From positions 1 through 64,000 of the IMG/VR virus record IMGVR_UViG_3300042691_039521: a DNA stretch of 64,000 nt, one strand, 5' to 3'. Below the pieces are notes generated by a model that was given only the letters and a program-made list of their open reading frames with translations, was not told where the DNA came from and made no database searches. The stretch's first letter is position 1; each line of letters opens with the position of its first letter. This DNA comes from a virus. This document shows, piece by piece, positions 26,561-36,318 of the stretch. A program made the position numbers and the translations under genes.

Positions 26561-27182
26561 TTATAAACAAGAATACGAACAATGGAAAGAAGATGGGGCG
26601 ATTGTTACAAAAAGATCTGTACCAGAAGAGGTAAAATGGTTTCTTATTTTAGATTATGCAAAACGTTTTAATCTAGATACACTTATCGAAACTGGAACAG
26701 CAGTTGCTGATACGCTTATTCATGTGGGTCATCAGTTTGAAAATATTTATTCATTTGAGTTAATGGAAACTTATTGGACTGTTGCGAAGCAGAATTTACA
26801 AGAAGCAAAAATTGATGCACATGTATTTAATGAGTCTTCTGCTGGGCAGTCGTTTATAAACCTAGTTAAGACCATTGACCAACCAGCCCTATTCTATTTA
26901 GATGCACACTATTCTGGAGAGGGGACTGGTAGTGACCCTTCACTTTCCACACCACACGTTCCCGTCAGGCAGGAGCTTAAAGTTATAACAACACATTCTC
27001 CTTACAATAATAGAAATGTTATTATTGTTGATGATGCTCGTTGCTTTAAGGGACAAGAATTTCATTCTGATGAATATAGTGGATACCCATCCATGGAAGA
27101 ACTGCAAGAAATTGTAAAAGGAACTCATATTGTAACACGTCAAGCAGATGCTTTTGTATTAACACCTAAGGATGTATCATGA
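26553..27182 (+). CDS. class I SAM-dependent methyltransferase
   Basis: IETGT, SFE, FYLDAHYSG, IIVDDAR. Confidence 0.7.
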   Translation: MSDYKQEYEQWKEDGAIVTKRSVPEEVKWFLILDYAKRFNLDTLIETGTAVADTLIHVGHQFENIYSFELMETYWTVAKQNLQEAKIDAHVFNESSAGQSFINLVKTIDQPALFYLDAHYSGEGTGSDPSLSTPHVPVRQELKVITTHSPYNNRNVIIVDDARCFKGQEFHSDEYSGYPSMEELQEIVKGTHIVTRQADAFVLTPKDVS

Positions 27183-28150
27183 ATATACTAGTTGCTGGAG
27201 CGGGTGGGTTTATTGGGGGTCATCTTGCTCGTAGATTACTTGCAGAAGGTCATGATGTATGTGGAGTTGATATCAAACCAGAGTGGGATTGGTATCAGCT
27301 TAATACAGATTATGAAGATAATTATAGAAGATTCTGCCTTGATCTTAGAGATTACGGAAATTGTATTGATGTAACTCGTTGGAGTGGAGCGGAACGAGTT
27401 TATAATCTAGCAGCAGACATGGGGGGCATGGGCTTTATTGCAACTCACCGGGTTGATTGTATGCAATCTGCTCTGGTAACGATTAATATATTACGAGCAG
27501 CTGATCGGTTCGGAGTTGATCAGGTCTTCTATTCTTCATCTGCTTGTGTTTATAACGATAAACTACAGCAAGATACGGAGGTATCTCTTAAGGAGGATGA
27601 TGCATGGCCAGCAGATCCAGAGCCAGGATATGGTATGGAGAAACTTTTCGGAGAAGAAATTGCTAAATTCTATCGTGAAGAAACTGGTCTACGTACAGTG
27701 GTGGCTCGTTTCCACAACATTTTTGGTCCTAATGGCACCTTTGCTGGTGGTCGAGAAAAGGCTCCGGCTGCGATTTGTAGAAAGGTTATAGAAGCTAAGC
27801 TTAGTGGTAATTATGAGATTGAAATTTGGGGTGATGGAGAACAAACTAGATCATTCTTATATGTTGATGAGTGCTTAGAGGGTGTACAGAAAATGATTGA
27901 TGCCGACGTTGATTTTCCGCTCAATCTCGGTAGTTCAGAGCTTGTTTCAATTAATGATCTTGTTTCCATGGTAGAAGATATTGCGGGAATTAAACTGCAT
28001 CGAAACTATGATCTTTCAGCCCCTCAGGGCGTTCGTGGTCGAAATAGTGATAACACAAAAATTCAAGAAGTTCTAGGTTGGACTCCAACCGAATCTCTCT
28101 ATTCTGGTTTAGAAAAAACATATGAGTGGATTTATAATAAGCTTATATGA
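27179..28150 (+). CDS. NAD-dependent epimerase, GDP-mannose 3,5-epimerase (GME)-like
   Basis: GAGGFIG, NLAADMGGMGFI, SSACVY, YGMEK, RFHNIFGP..T..GGREKAPAA.CRK, GDG.QTRSF, GVRGRNSDN: GME signature motifs. Confidence 0.85.
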   Translation: MNILVAGAGGFIGGHLARRLLAEGHDVCGVDIKPEWDWYQLNTDYEDNYRRFCLDLRDYGNCIDVTRWSGAERVYNLAADMGGMGFIATHRVDCMQSALVTINILRAADRFGVDQVFYSSSACVYNDKLQQDTEVSLKEDDAWPADPEPGYGMEKLFGEEIAKFYREETGLRTVVARFHNIFGPNGTFAGGREKAPAAICRKVIEAKLSGNYEIEIWGDGEQTRSFLYVDECLEGVQKMIDADVDFPLNLGSSELVSINDLVSMVEDIAGIKLHRNYDLSAPQGVRGRNSDNTKIQEVLGWTPTESLYSGLEKTYEWIYNKLI

Positions 28151-28158
28151 TGTTTTTT

Positions 28159-28176
28159 GTCGATAAACATAATAGA
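28159..28176 (+). promoter_or_regulatory. putative late promoter upstream of packaging genes
   Basis: GTCGATA-N7-TAGA. Confidence 0.6.
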
Positions 28177-28199
28177 CGTTTACGAAAGGAAAACATAAA

Positions 28200-28874
28200 T
28201 TGCCACCCAAGGTCACTAATTTTAATACCGGTGAAGAAGTAGACATTACAGAAATAGAGGAAATAGAACAATATAAAGGAGTTACGGTTAAGACCCCATC
28301 AGGGGCGGAAATCTCCTTGTTAACAGATGATGAAGCTAGATTCTACAATCAAATAGCTAAACAATATCAAGAACATAATAAGTTTACAAATATTTCCGAT
28401 CTATTAGAGCTAGATAGGGTTTTGAATTTAGAAGTTTTATGTTTTCGTCAATCAACTTGGGCGTTGCTTGAGTCTGATTATGACGGTAAGCCTGTCTCCA
28501 AAGACTTGCAAAAGAACATAAAAGAGCTTTCAAGAGAGATTCGTGATATTAAAACAGGTCTTGGAATAGATAAAAAAACGAGAGACTTAGGCAAGGGCGA
28601 TACGATTGCAGAAAAATGGGAAAATCTAAAGAGACGTGCTCTTGAGTTTGGGTATATGAGAAATGAACAACTCATTAAATCTCATACCAATTGGAAAGAG
28701 TTGGAAGCAAGAATAACTGCATACAAGAATTCAACCGATGTTGAAAGAACTCAATTTGATTTACATCTTGAAGATATTGTTGAATGGTTAGAGGAAAAGT
28801 TTGTAGAATTTAATGAGATAGATGAAGCGTTTAGAGAGAGTCAGGCTATGTGGATTAGGGAGTTTAAGGCTTGA
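28200..28874 (+). CDS. putative terminase small subunit
   Basis: Position; helical; LGIDKKTR pattern. Confidence 0.45.
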   Translation: MPPKVTNFNTGEEVDITEIEEIEQYKGVTVKTPSGAEISLLTDDEARFYNQIAKQYQEHNKFTNISDLLELDRVLNLEVLCFRQSTWALLESDYDGKPVSKDLQKNIKELSREIRDIKTGLGIDKKTRDLGKGDTIAEKWENLKRRALEFGYMRNEQLIKSHTNWKELEARITAYKNSTDVERTQFDLHLEDIVEWLEEKFVEFNEIDEAFRESQAMWIREFKA

Positions 28875-29386
28875 GCAAGAAAAAAGAGTTACACGAAAAG
28901 ATCATTTCTCTTAAAGAGAAAAAATTTCCTCAACTCCAAGAAATAGATTGGTCTGAAGTTTTAAGAAAAAATCCTGATGTTTTAGAGAATATTGTCGGAG
29001 ACATTGTTAAAGTAGAGGGAGCGCGTAGAAAAGTTGAACGCTCTAAGGCTACTCGCAGGATTAGTGCTATCTATAACATTGATCACTCTGAGAGAGAGTT
29101 CAAAGAGTCTTTTTCGATTCTAACTGGCTCGGAAAGTCTTAGAAAAACAGCTTCTAAAATAGACGTTTCCCCAGCTTATGTTCATAACCTTAAGCTTGGG
29201 AAAGCACAACCAACATTGGAAATCATGGAAGCAATAGCCTATGCATATGATCGTCACCCATCATTTTTTCTTGAGTATAGAATTCATTATGTTTTAGAAT
29301 CTATTTCTTCTTTTTTAGTAAAGAACCCAGAAACGGCTACTGCTTGGTTTTCTAAGGTAACAAACGGGATATCTCTTCATGATTGA
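28871..29386 (+). CDS. XRE-type HTH DNA-binding protein
   Basis: SLRKTASKIDVSPAYVHNLKLGKAQPTLEIMEAIA. Confidence 0.7.
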   Translation: MSKKKELHEKIISLKEKKFPQLQEIDWSEVLRKNPDVLENIVGDIVKVEGARRKVERSKATRRISAIYNIDHSEREFKESFSILTGSESLRKTASKIDVSPAYVHNLKLGKAQPTLEIMEAIAYAYDRHPSFFLEYRIHYVLESISSFLVKNPETATAWFSKVTNGISLHD

Positions 29387-31001
29387 TTCAGATCTTACAG
29401 AGGAAGAGGCAATGTTGTTTGCTTTACTTATGGATGAATCCGGTGTTGATCACATGGAATTTTTGTGGGCAGATAATACGAGTGACGACGGCTTGTTCAG
29501 AACTTGGCCAATCCAAATGGCTTGGTGGAGAACGCCGGGGCAAAAAATTCTTTCTGCTGGAAGTAGATCTATTGGAAAAAGTCTTTCAATTTTAGGAAGA
29601 TCATTTTCATTTCCGTTCGTAGCGTCTGGTGAAGAAATGGTTATTACCGCTCCTGATGGCGATCGTTTGGGTGCTATTACCGATAAGGTTGAAACACTTT
29701 TTCTCAATAATGTCATAGCGGAAGCGATGTTAGCTCCTGGTACCAGAGGAAGAATTAAACATAGACCATTTCATATTTCTTTTGCTAATGGCGCTCGTAT
29801 TATGGGTCGTATCCCGCGACTTGACGGCACCGGCATTCAGGGTACTCACCCTTTGTGGTTAGAACATGACGAGGCCAGTACCTATCCGGAGAGAGGCTGG
29901 AAGGAAATTGTTGAAACTGTAAAGATTCAGAATCCCCGTGCCCGCTGGAGATGCCACGGTGTAACGATGGGTCCCGGTAACACTTTCGATGATAAGGTTT
30001 CTGGTAATGACCCAACTTGGATTGTTAAAAAACTTCCAGCTATGTATAGACCCAACTGGACAGAGAAGGAACGTCAAGATAAAATCATTGAATATGGTGG
30101 ATATGAATCTTTGGATTATAAGCGCAACATTCTTGGAACAGCAGAAGGTGCTGATAGTTCGCTTTTAGTTCTATCTCGTTTGATGGCCAATACAGATATT
30201 GACGAATTAAGCGAATTTAATGTATCTGAATATTATAGTGTCTCTGTTACAGACGCTCTTCTTGCAGAGGCAGATGATATTTTAGAACTTGTTGATCCAC
30301 CTATTTCTCATACTGAGTATAAGAAAGTATGGATGGGAATGGATTATGGCTTAACAACTTCTCTATCTTGTATTTTAGTTTTTACTGAAGTGCAATTACC
30401 GGGTGAAAAGTTTGGTAGATTGAAGCTTGTTTCTAGAATCATGATGTCAAAGATTCCCACTGAGCAACAGGTAAGAGTCATCAAGCATTTAATGTCTATC
30501 TACCGACCTATAGCAATAGCCTTCGATGCTCACGGCGTTGGGCAGCCAGCTTATGAATGGCTACAGAAAGAGGTTCGTGAAGATTCATCTATTTCATGGA
30601 TGCTTGATAGAGTTAAGGGATACTCATTTTCTGAGAATATAGTTGTTGATTTCGATGAGAAAGTTGATATCAACACTGATATAAAAGAGGATTGGAAAAG
30701 AGCGGTTATTACTAGAAAGACTAGTGATGCTTCATTAGATATACTTAGACTAGTTGTCGACACTGGCCGAATATGGCTACCTTATGACAAGGAATTGATT
30801 GGTGAGCTTCAGTCAATTCCAAGAAAAGAATTAATGACATTAGACGAATATGGTAAACCTCGCAGAAAAAAGGGTCAACATATGCTTGACGCCTTTAGGT
30901 TTGCTTTATTAGCCTGGAAGCAACAGCCAATAGAAGAGGTTGTTAGCAAGTATGAAAACTCATGGGAACCCCCTTCAATGATCATTATGGATTATTTATG
31001 A
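29379..31001 (+). CDS. terminase large subunit
   Basis: GSRSIGKS Walker A, LEHDEA Walker B, GMDYG and HMLDAFR nuclease motifs. Confidence 0.88.
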   Translation: MIDSDLTEEEAMLFALLMDESGVDHMEFLWADNTSDDGLFRTWPIQMAWWRTPGQKILSAGSRSIGKSLSILGRSFSFPFVASGEEMVITAPDGDRLGAITDKVETLFLNNVIAEAMLAPGTRGRIKHRPFHISFANGARIMGRIPRLDGTGIQGTHPLWLEHDEASTYPERGWKEIVETVKIQNPRARWRCHGVTMGPGNTFDDKVSGNDPTWIVKKLPAMYRPNWTEKERQDKIIEYGGYESLDYKRNILGTAEGADSSLLVLSRLMANTDIDELSEFNVSEYYSVSVTDALLAEADDILELVDPPISHTEYKKVWMGMDYGLTTSLSCILVFTEVQLPGEKFGRLKLVSRIMMSKIPTEQQVRVIKHLMSIYRPIAIAFDAHGVGQPAYEWLQKEVREDSSISWMLDRVKGYSFSENIVVDFDEKVDINTDIKEDWKRAVITRKTSDASLDILRLVVDTGRIWLPYDKELIGELQSIPRKELMTLDEYGKPRRKKGQHMLDAFRFALLAWKQQPIEEVVSKYENSWEPPSMIIMDYL

Positions 31002-31038
31002 TCACAGTAGACGTAATATTAGGAGAAAGGCAGTTAAT

Positions 31039-31332
31039 TTGACTTCAGATGAGGTTCTTGGACAATGGCGACCAGAAATACTTGGTTATCTAAAAGAAAT
31101 GTATACCTTTAAAGATGAAACAGATTCAAGAGAAATACTCAGGACTCTCTCAGCATTCTCTGCTAGAGCATCTTGGATGAGAAACCTTGCTATTCGTTCA
31201 TCACAGAATGATATTATTCGTTTTAGGCTAGATGAACTTGATCCATTTCTAGATGAGGTTGAAAGACAATTTAAGATATATAGCCGTCTAATCTCGGCTA
31301 ACCAATTTGAATTAGATCTTACCACAAAGTGA
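31039..31332 (+). CDS. hypothetical protein
   Basis: ORF between terminase and portal. Confidence 0.65.
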   Translation: MTSDEVLGQWRPEILGYLKEMYTFKDETDSREILRTLSAFSARASWMRNLAIRSSQNDIIRFRLDELDPFLDEVERQFKIYSRLISANQFELDLTTK

Positions 31333-31338
31333 GGATAG

Positions 31339-33036
31339 ATGACTAACGTTGATACTGGAATTTTAGAAGAACTCGGAGATGAGTCCGAGGTTCTATGGAT
31401 TAATGAAACCGATGTTGAGAATAGACTGATAGCAGAAGCCGTTCGTGAACAGGTTCCAGAATTAGCGTATCTAACCAGAAGCCTGAATCAATGGACTAAC
31501 GATTACTCTGGAAAGTCACGACCCGGTGGCCTATTCAGTCAGAATAAATATGTTGCTCCAGATAATATCTTCGATGAATTTAGATTAGCAGCAGAAGCTG
31601 CTCGTAACGATGATATTGTTTCAAATGCTGTAGAAACTACAGAGCAATTAGCGTTTAAAAGAATTATGGTTGAGTCACAGAATGATGATGAAACAACTAT
31701 TTGGGCACAAATCAAAGATGATCTTAACTTAGAAACCAGAATGAGAGAAATTTGGCGTGAGCTTTTCGTCGTTTCGCAGTGCTATGTCGCTGTGTTATGG
31801 GATAGAAAAGATTATAGAGTTAAAGGATTCACTGAATCTGGTAAAAAATCTAAAAAAGTATATAGAAACCTTTTGGTTCCAAAAGGCATCACTTTGTTAG
31901 ATCCATGTAAAGTTTTTCCTGTTGGTAATTTCATGTTTAATCAGGAAGAATTAGTTTATATTGCTGATGAGAGTGAAGCAAGATTATTCCACGAGACACT
32001 TGCTGGCCTGAATAGCTCCGATCTTATTGTTAAACAATTATTTTTGAAACCATATAAGGCTTCACCAGCTTTTATTTCGCAAATGCAGAACCTTACAGGT
32101 CAATATGCTTTAGCTGATAGATTGTTCCTACTTAATCCAGAGAATGTTTGGCGCATTACCTCTACTCGTCCTCAATACCAGATGTTTGCTGATGTCCGTA
32201 TGCGATCGGTTTTTGAACTTCTTGATATGAAGCATAATCTGAGAGAGATGGATCGTGCGGACATTCTTGGCAATCTTAACGCTATTATTTTAGTTAAGAA
32301 GGGTTCAAAGGAACGCCCAGCAACCCAGAACGAATTACAGCAAGCCTCTGCTCAGGTACAGAACTCTGCCCGTATTCCCATTATTGTTTCTGACGATCGT
32401 ATGGAAATTGAGATTATCACAAGAAAGACAGATAATACTCTTCGTCCAGAAAGATACAATAACCTTGATTCTAGAATTACCTCTAGATTATTCCAGATTC
32501 TTTCAACCGGTGCATATTCATCAGGTACGGCACTTGATAATTCGACAGGACTCTTTAAGGTTATTGCAGCCTCCATGGAAGCGCGAAGAGATAATATTCG
32601 ACAGGCTCTCATGGATAATATCTTTGATAAGATATACGAGCGTAATGATCAGATCCTTGATGAACCCGTGATGAACTTCTACCCAAGAAGAATCGCTTTG
32701 GAGTTTGACCCTCACTTTGCACAATACGTTTACGACCTGTTTATTCAGGGACAGATTTCTCATGAGACTGCTCTCGCTGAAATTGATATTACTCTATCTG
32801 AGGAAGCAGCGAAGAAACGTAAAGAAGAAGAGTTGTATGATGATATCTTTGATCCACCTAGACCACCTGGAGCGGCCGGTGGTGGTACCGGCGATCAGAA
32901 AACTGACGGAAGAACCGGTGGTGGCAATAATAATGGTGGAGGAACTAATCAGGAATCATTTAACTCTAATCCAAGAAGTGGTTCTCCTAATGAAGAGGAA
33001 ACAGCCGAAGCCGAAGAGGAAACAGCCGAAAATTAA
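31339..33036 (+). CDS. portal protein
   Basis: 565 aa, synteny after terminase, ISHETAL motif, low-complexity Gly/acidic tail. Confidence 0.8.
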   Translation: MTNVDTGILEELGDESEVLWINETDVENRLIAEAVREQVPELAYLTRSLNQWTNDYSGKSRPGGLFSQNKYVAPDNIFDEFRLAAEAARNDDIVSNAVETTEQLAFKRIMVESQNDDETTIWAQIKDDLNLETRMREIWRELFVVSQCYVAVLWDRKDYRVKGFTESGKKSKKVYRNLLVPKGITLLDPCKVFPVGNFMFNQEELVYIADESEARLFHETLAGLNSSDLIVKQLFLKPYKASPAFISQMQNLTGQYALADRLFLLNPENVWRITSTRPQYQMFADVRMRSVFELLDMKHNLREMDRADILGNLNAIILVKKGSKERPATQNELQQASAQVQNSARIPIIVSDDRMEIEIITRKTDNTLRPERYNNLDSRITSRLFQILSTGAYSSGTALDNSTGLFKVIAASMEARRDNIRQALMDNIFDKIYERNDQILDEPVMNFYPRRIALEFDPHFAQYVYDLFIQGQISHETALAEIDITLSEEAAKKRKEEELYDDIFDPPRPPGAAGGGTGDQKTDGRTGGGNNNGGGTNQESFNSNPRSGSPNEEETAEAEEETAEN

Positions 33037-33066
33037 TATAGAAGCATTAGAAAGGATGGTTGCTGC

Positions 33067-33837
33067 ATGACTATTTTAACGGAGGGTGAGAAGTCTTTCT
33101 TTTTGACTACCCCTGCAATTCTCATTGATGAATCTAAAGACGTAGCTTCCAACTGGGCTTCTGATCATATTAAGCCGAATCCAGCCTTGAAGTGGGTTCT
33201 TGGTAAATATGTTGAAGCTGATAACGCTAACTCTAATGGTCAATATTGGACTCTTGATGATTTGCGTATCTCAAGTCCTACAATTAATCATTCACCAATG
33301 AACATAGATCATCATTCGAATGAAATTGTTGGAACATGGGTGGCCTCAGAACTTCTATATCCTACCGAAGATAAGTCTAATATTACAAATCCTTACGTTG
33401 AAGTTCTTGGTGTCTTCTGGAAAGCTTATTTTCCAGAGATGCTAGATAAAGTTCAGGAAGCATTTGATTCTGGTACTCTCCATATTTCGATGGAATGTGT
33501 TGGTGAAACGGTTACCTGTGTCGGAACAGATAACGCTTGTGGGCAAACTTTTGAGTATGCTGGATCTTTCAGTGATACTTACTGTGAGCATATTCAGAAT
33601 CGTGAATCATATCGACAAATCAATAAACCACACTTCCTTGGTGGAGCATTAATTGTTCCACCAAACCGTCCCGGTTGGAAAGATGCTTCGGTGAATGAAA
33701 TAGCTAATCTAACAACCGATGAAGATGCTGATGCAATGATTAAAGAAATTGCACAAGGTTCTCCAGAAGGCTCCCCAGAAGAATGGGAAGCCATTATGTG
33801 GGAAATACAATTACGGAAATTCACTCAGATAAGTTAA
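33067..33837 (+). CDS. capsid maturation protease
   Basis: N.NG.., PMNIDH...IVG, ISMEC, F.GGALI...PG motifs; synteny. Confidence 0.75.
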   Translation: MTILTEGEKSFFLTTPAILIDESKDVASNWASDHIKPNPALKWVLGKYVEADNANSNGQYWTLDDLRISSPTINHSPMNIDHHSNEIVGTWVASELLYPTEDKSNITNPYVEVLGVFWKAYFPEMLDKVQEAFDSGTLHISMECVGETVTCVGTDNACGQTFEYAGSFSDTYCEHIQNRESYRQINKPHFLGGALIVPPNRPGWKDASVNEIANLTTDEDADAMIKEIAQGSPEGSPEEWEAIMWEIQLRKFTQIS

Positions 33838-33872
33838 TGTTTTTCAAAAAAATACTCTTATTTTTGTAAAGT

Positions 33873-33890
33873 GCCGATAATTTTTGTAGA
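33873..33890 (+). promoter_or_regulatory. putative late promoter (exact sigma28 -10 GCCGATAA)
   Basis: GCCGATA-N7-TAGA upstream of scaffold/capsid genes. Confidence 0.7.
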
Positions 33891-33910
33891 CGTAGAAAGG
33901 GGTTTAATTC

Positions 33911-34654
33911 ATGGATGAATTAAAGAAACTACATGATGAACATCTAGCGAACAAACCCGACTCTATGTCGGACGAGGACTATGCCTCAGTTATTGAGCAG
34001 CATAAAACCAATTGTCCATTTTGTAATGATCAAGCGATTTCCGATAACGATCCCGAAGAAGGGGGTGACATGGATACATTTACTCAAGAAGAATTAGATG
34101 CCGCTGTAGAAGCAGCCGTTGCCCCTATTCAAGCTGAGCTTAAGGGTCTTAAAGATTCTGCTGCTGAGTCAGAGGTAGACACCCGTGTTGCTGAGGCTAA
34201 GGCTGAAGCAGACGAGCGTGTGGCTGAACTACAGGCCCAATTAGAAGCAGCGGTTCTTGAAGCCCAAACGGCTAAAGATGAACTAGCTAATCTAAACTCT
34301 TACCTAGAGTCAGAAAAAGAAGCTGCCGAGCTAGCAGAACTTTACGAAGCTGTTAAGGCTGATCGTAAGGCAAAGATTGCTGAAGTAGCAAATTTCCCAG
34401 AAGACTTCCTAGAAGCAAATCTAGACCGTTGGTGCGCGGAAGATGAAGAATCTTTTGCTGCTCGCCTAGAAGAGTGGAAAATTTCTTCAAGCAAGAAAGA
34501 AGAAGTTGTAGAAGAAGCAAGCCTCAGCAATGAAGCTATCCGCTCTACTGCAATGAATTCCGTAAGACCTGTAGAGACAGAAGCGAAGATCAAGGGTGAC
34601 CTTGCTAATCTATTCGCTGCTGGCACTGCTGGTTATGATATTAAGAAACTATAA
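33911..34654 (+). CDS. capsid scaffolding protein
   Basis: Glu/Ala coiled coil, FTQEEL motif, synteny. Confidence 0.75.
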   Translation: MDELKKLHDEHLANKPDSMSDEDYASVIEQHKTNCPFCNDQAISDNDPEEGGDMDTFTQEELDAAVEAAVAPIQAELKGLKDSAAESEVDTRVAEAKAEADERVAELQAQLEAAVLEAQTAKDELANLNSYLESEKEAAELAELYEAVKADRKAKIAEVANFPEDFLEANLDRWCAEDEESFAARLEEWKISSSKKEEVVEEASLSNEAIRSTAMNSVRPVETEAKIKGDLANLFAAGTAGYDIKKL

Positions 34655-34668
34655 GAAAGGGGTAACAC

Positions 34669-35238
34669 ATGAATACTCGTAATTTTCAGTTCCGTGTATC
34701 TCCCCTAGATGGCGAGCGGGGAAGCCGCTTTGTTCTAGATTCTGAGTCCGATGCTCTACCACAGGGCGTTCCAGTAGTAGCAACCGGCGAGTTCGACGCT
34801 ACTGGTCGTGCTATTGTAGAACTAGCTACCGATGACGGTGGCAACCTTGACAAGCCTAAGGCTGGTCAAGGTGGGATTCTTGTTTACGAACAATTCCGCT
34901 ACGATGGGACAGATACTGCTATTACCACATACTCTGACATGGACACAGTTCCTGCTGGCCGTGGTGTTCAAGTTGTAACCGGTGAAAACCGTGTGAAGGT
35001 TGCATACAAGACCACTGATGCTACAGCGTTCTACAACCGTGCAAACTACCCAACTGCTCGTGTAATGGTTGCTGGCGCAGGCGCCACTCCTACCGTTGCA
35101 GTAGGTGACTACCTAACCCCAGGCACCGGCTCTGATGTTGCTGGCTACTGGAAAGAAACTTCAGATGCAGCCGAAGCTTGGTTAGTTGTAACATCCGTCG
35201 ATTCAAACGGCTGGGTTGAAGCCGTTCTAAACTTCTGA
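34669..35238 (+). CDS. capsid decoration/cement protein
   Basis: Position between scaffold and MCP; beta-rich, VGDYLTP. Confidence 0.6.
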   Translation: MNTRNFQFRVSPLDGERGSRFVLDSESDALPQGVPVVATGEFDATGRAIVELATDDGGNLDKPKAGQGGILVYEQFRYDGTDTAITTYSDMDTVPAGRGVQVVTGENRVKVAYKTTDATAFYNRANYPTARVMVAGAGATPTVAVGDYLTPGTGSDVAGYWKETSDAAEAWLVVTSVDSNGWVEAVLNF

Positions 35239-35252
35239 GAGGGGGTCAACAA

Positions 35253-36191
35253 ATGAGTACACTATTTTCTAAAACAGATCCTCTAGTAGAAGAAATGAAG
35301 GCTATTAAGGCTCGCGTTAATGAAGAAGCAGCAGCAAAATTCTATGATGACAAATGGCGTCGTGATGTTGCTCAGGAAATCACTGATGGTATCGAACAAG
35401 GTTTCGAAACTAACAACATCATTGACCTCTTCAGCGAAACCCTTAACCTAGAACTAGATGGTCGATTCGTAATCGAAGAACTTCGTGGTCTACAAGCCTT
35501 CTGGCATGGCCGTGGTGGTTACATTGAGGAAAGCGATCTATGGAAAGATGCATACGAAATTCTACCTGACACAATTGGCTTCCACGTCACTCAGTCAGAA
35601 GATCGTCTTCGTACAAACTTTGCTGAAACCGCTGAAACCCTAGTTCGTCTAGGTACCAAGCGTGTTATCGCTGAAATCAACAATCGTGTTCTAGCCGTAT
35701 ATCAGGCAGCTATTCAGTCTGGTGACGACTCCTACATTGGGGCTGGCTCCCTTTCTCTAGCGAACCTTAACTCCGCTCTAGCGGGTGTTCGGGACGCTTC
35801 AGAAAACTCCAACCCAGTAATCATTGGTCGTTCAACAATGACCGAGAAGATCATTGATCTTCTTACCGTAGGTAACACTTACCAGATGTTTACCCCCGAA
35901 ACCAACGAGAGCATTCTCGCCACTGGTGTTCGCGGTGTCTACCGTGGCGCTCAGGTTATCACTCTAAACAATTACACTGATGCTGATGGAAATTCAACTT
36001 TCCCAGCGAATGAAATCTTTGTTCTTGATAGAAGTGCTGGCAAGACCGCTTTCTTCGGTGGTCCTCAGTTCAAGGAATACCTTGAGCCTAACAACTGGAA
36101 CTGGCACTACATTGCACGTTGGGATGTCGCTTCGACTCTCATCTACAAGGATCGTGTCCGTCGTATCGTTGTTGGTGACGTAGCTCCTTGA
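35253..36191 (+). CDS. major capsid protein
   Basis: 312 aa, highly biased codons, synteny, followed by strong terminator. Confidence 0.8.
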   Translation: MSTLFSKTDPLVEEMKAIKARVNEEAAAKFYDDKWRRDVAQEITDGIEQGFETNNIIDLFSETLNLELDGRFVIEELRGLQAFWHGRGGYIEESDLWKDAYEILPDTIGFHVTQSEDRLRTNFAETAETLVRLGTKRVIAEINNRVLAVYQAAIQSGDDSYIGAGSLSLANLNSALAGVRDASENSNPVIIGRSTMTEKIIDLLTVGNTYQMFTPETNESILATGVRGVYRGAQVITLNNYTDADGNSTFPANEIFVLDRSAGKTAFFGGPQFKEYLEPNNWNWHYIARWDVASTLIYKDRVRRIVVGDVAP

Positions 36192-36217
36192 TAAGCTTTT
36201 AACCTAAGGTTCTAATT

Positions 36218-36253
36218 AAGCCGCCTTGCTCATATTGGCAGGGCGGCTTTTTT
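36218..36253 (+). terminator. intrinsic terminator after MCP
   Basis: AAGCCGCCTTGC...GCAGGGCGGCTT + T-run. Confidence 0.88.
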
Positions 36254-36272
36254 AGTTCTTTTCTTTATATCA

Positions 36273-36290
36273 TCCGATGTATATTATAGG
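36273..36290 (+). promoter_or_regulatory. putative late promoter
   Basis: TCCGATG-N7-TAGG directly after terminator. Confidence 0.6.
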
Positions 36291-36318
36291 AATCGTTTTT
36301 ATACAAAGGAGAAAAGAT

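Noticed and set aside
32992-33030. 18 bp tandem duplication (EEETAE x2) at portal C-terminus
   Set aside because: Ordinary slippage in a low-complexity tail
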